This document shows, piece by piece, positions 62,801 through 64,000 of a DNA stretch of 64,000 nucleotides. The notes beneath the pieces were generated by a model. It worked only from the letters and a program-made list of their open reading frames with translations, did not search any database and was not told the DNA's origin. The stretch comes from Candidatus Poribacteria bacterium (lineage in GTDB: Bacteria; Poribacteria; WGA-4E; WGA-3G). The translations under genes and the position numbers were made by a program. How positions within the stretch are numbered: position 1 is the first letter of the stretch; each line of letters begins with the position of its first letter. The DNA is taken from the NCBI GenBank assembly GCA_963665235.2, contig CAXXLX010000002.1, positions 32,001-96,000 on the forward strand, given 5' to 3'.

Positions 62801-62850
62801 TCACCGCCGGTGCCTTCTCCGCCACACGCAAAATGCTCATCCTCAAGTAG
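59803..62850 (+). CDS. Array gene 9: 6 FN3 repeats + cassette
   Basis: Signal peptide; six W(T/I)xP...YDVxY...GLTxxTxY repeats. Confidence 0.92.
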   Translation: MKRSNFSFTTILFASVLSSVFVFCSIQVEAQTIPAPSSISVSNPGQTSFTVNWIAPDTGGIAITGYDVEYRDASITGSSFVDAGHTGTTTSITITGLTRYTEYALRIRTLTANANSAWSTSVFTSTLSAIPAPSSLTASNKTTTGFDVSWTAPTTTETVTSYDVRYRPIGVSGSFVSTNTTNTQVTLSGLTPNITYEVQVRANSATESSIWTVSPNSLIVKTLAETVLSELGTPSNVTASNNTNTSFDVRWTAPTTTETITGYDVQYGINIAYVTTVSVTGTSTSLTGLTPNTGYLIQVRAKSANGKGAWSTTVYAATTSGAISSLPAPTGLTASNKTSTGFTVSWTEPTTTETITGYDVRYKVVSTATYTDAEHTGTDTSSTFTGLTPNTNYEFQVRTVISRGYSAWSATFYDATLTQYPIAAPTGLTVSNKTSTGFTVSWTAPTNTSGLTLTGYEVRYSIVSSATYTDAGHTGTDTSSTFTGLTPNTAYEAQVRAVAGNDTSVWSLPVYTATLTQYPIAAPTGLTVSNRTSTGFTVSWTAPTNTSGLTITGYDVRYKVVSSATYSDAGHTGTDTSFTFAGLTPNTSYKVQIRAVGGSDTSLWTSAVYTATLASTADAVPGLSSQELLQLGALLTYDTVIINELHNSSIDANDWLELRNVSGADLPLDTWHLTVRTADSNLVVTFPTGTVIPTGDVLLLTNTAGGREQSSLLQEDGEMATADDMSVLSVVSEAFVLPQAKFALVLRSPTVFGDIAGNYVQGEALSTTPAFTVDTAWDRTQPVAFGYRTEAWAKSTYQNGLGSPGYQPLAPSADVNSDGLVNIFDLVLVASQFGTTSTTADLNRDGTVNIADLALVAGALGPAIGAPTANQSAAAVVNNWLKLARENAANVVKSSIPAGFSYQRGIQVLEELARALTPNTTALLANYPNPFNPETWIPYQLAKATDVTLTIYASDGNLVRTLAIGHRDVGMYKTRTQAAYWDGKNALGESVASGVYFYTLTAGAFSATRKMLILK

Positions 62851-62920
62851 GAGCGTGCTGTGCACGCGATAAATAATGTTTAATCGGCGAGGTTTTGACA
62901 CCTCGCCACAACCTATTATC

Positions 62921-63085
62921 TTTTGTAGCATAAACTTCCAGTTTGTGCGGGCATTTTTGTAGCATAAACTTCCAGTTTGTGCGGGCATTTTTGTAGCATA
63001 AACTTCCAGTTTGTGCGGGCATTTTTGTAGCATAAACTTCCAGTTTGTGCGGGCATTTTTGTAGCATAAACTTCCAGTTTGTGCA
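62921..63085 (-). repeat. Five tandem 34-bp REP units without MITE ends
   Basis: (TTTTGTAGCATAAACTTCCAGTTTGTGCGGGCAT)n on the + strand. Confidence 0.92.
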
Positions 63086-63205
63086 AGCGTGTATAGTAAG
63101 GCGGGGTTTCCCCGCCCGCATTCCGCGTTTTCCGCGCCTTCGGCGATTTGCGGCGTACTCGCCCAAATGCGACGTGCATTCAGACAAACAAAGGAGAAAA
63201 AAAAG

Positions 63206-64000
63206 ATGTTAAAACGATTGACAAACTTAAACATATTTCTAATTCTACTCTTGACGGTTTCCGTTTGCATATCAGGCATTGCCGAAGCGAACAACGCACC
63301 CACGCCTGTGGGGACAATCCCCGATCAAACGTTACAATTTGGCGGGAGTAATGTCAAATTTAACGTGAAACAATACTTCAGCGATCCCGATGGCGATACG
63401 TTGTCGTTCAAGACGTACCATCGTTCCAATACCACAACAGTAGACATTATCGCCACTGCCGCATGGAATGTCACACTCAAACCCAAAAACGGGGGAACTG
63501 TAACCATAACTTTAATAGCGAGCGACCCTGGCGGTTTAACAGCTTCGCAGTCATTCAGCGTTAAAGTGGAAAAAGGTCCAGAGGCAAGCGGCACAATTCC
63601 CGACGGTTCGCCAGGCATCGGCGGCACAGCATACAGTGTGGACGTGAGCAGCTACTTCACCGACGCAAATGGTGATACATTGACCTACACCGCCAGCTCG
63701 GCAGATACGACAAAAGCAACCGTCAGTGTGTCAGAGTCCACAGTCACTGTCACGGGAGTCGCAGTAGGGACAGCAACAATAACTGTCACAGCCACTGACC
63801 CCGGCGGATTGACCGGAACCCAGACCTTCTCTGTGACAGTGGTACAACCCAACCGCGCACCGACCGCCGTAGGGACAATCAGCAATAAAACTTTGAGAGT
63901 CCGTGACAATCCCATTTCAATTGACGTGAGTAGCAACTTCAGCGATGCCGATGGCGATACGCTAACTTACAGCGCCAGCTCCTCGGACAGCAGCATCGCA
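63206..64000 (+). CDS. Array gene 10, 3'-truncated at the window edge
   Basis: Read manually: MLKRLTNLNIFLILLLTVSVCISGIAEANNAPTPVGTIPDQ...YFSDPDGDTL; SD AAGGAG. Confidence 0.9.
   Translation, partial: MLKRLTNLNIFLILLLTVSVCISGIAEANNAPTPVGTIPDQTLQFGGSNVKFNVKQYFSDPDGDTLSFKTYHRSNTTTVDIIATAAWNVTLKPKNGGTVTITLIASDPGGLTASQSFSVKVEKGPEASGTIPDGSPGIGGTAYSVDVSSYFTDANGDTLTYTASSADTTKATVSVSESTVTVTGVAVGTATITVTATDPGGLTGTQTFSVTVVQPNRAPTAVGTISNKTLRVRDNPISIDVSSNFSDADGDTLTYSASSSDSSIA

Noticed and set aside
33169-63936. Many periodic minus-strand ORFs in the array
   Set aside because: They are antisense shadows of Thr/Val/Ala/Ser-rich repeats.
29193-64000. Diversity-generating retroelement acting on the conserved C-termini
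   Set aside because: No reverse transcriptase or non-coding template repeat is seen, and differences between copies are not obviously adenine-specific.

Overview
Bacterial chromosomal window with three parts. The lineage is most likely Candidatus Poribacteria or a relative, inferred from two characteristic C-terminal protein tails. (1) 1-18.7 kb holds the fusA-tuf / S10-spc-alpha ribosomal superoperon. It lacks rpmD, adk, map and infA here and is interrupted by three miniature mobile-element insertions. (2) 19-28.2 kb is an accessory region: a FadL-type outer-membrane barrel, a Tyr-rich lipoprotein, two c-type cytochromes, two LamG proteins and an Rpn remnant. (3) 29-64 kb is a head-to-tail array of at least 10 paralogous secreted proteins. 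Their N-termini are variable (YWTD propeller, FN3, cadherin-like Ig repeats). The nine complete copies share a conserved lamin-tail + dockerin + FlgD-Ig/T9SS-like C-terminal cassette and show mosaic exchange. A consensus sigma70 promoter upstream of the array lies between two ~120-bp inverted repeats, a candidate invertible ON/OFF switch. Intergenic DNA is saturated with GTAG-type REP palindromes. These are tandemly amplified inside several TIR/TSD-bounded MITE families, and one REP has been captured in frame in three array genes. All calls are from reading the sequence; no database searches were run.
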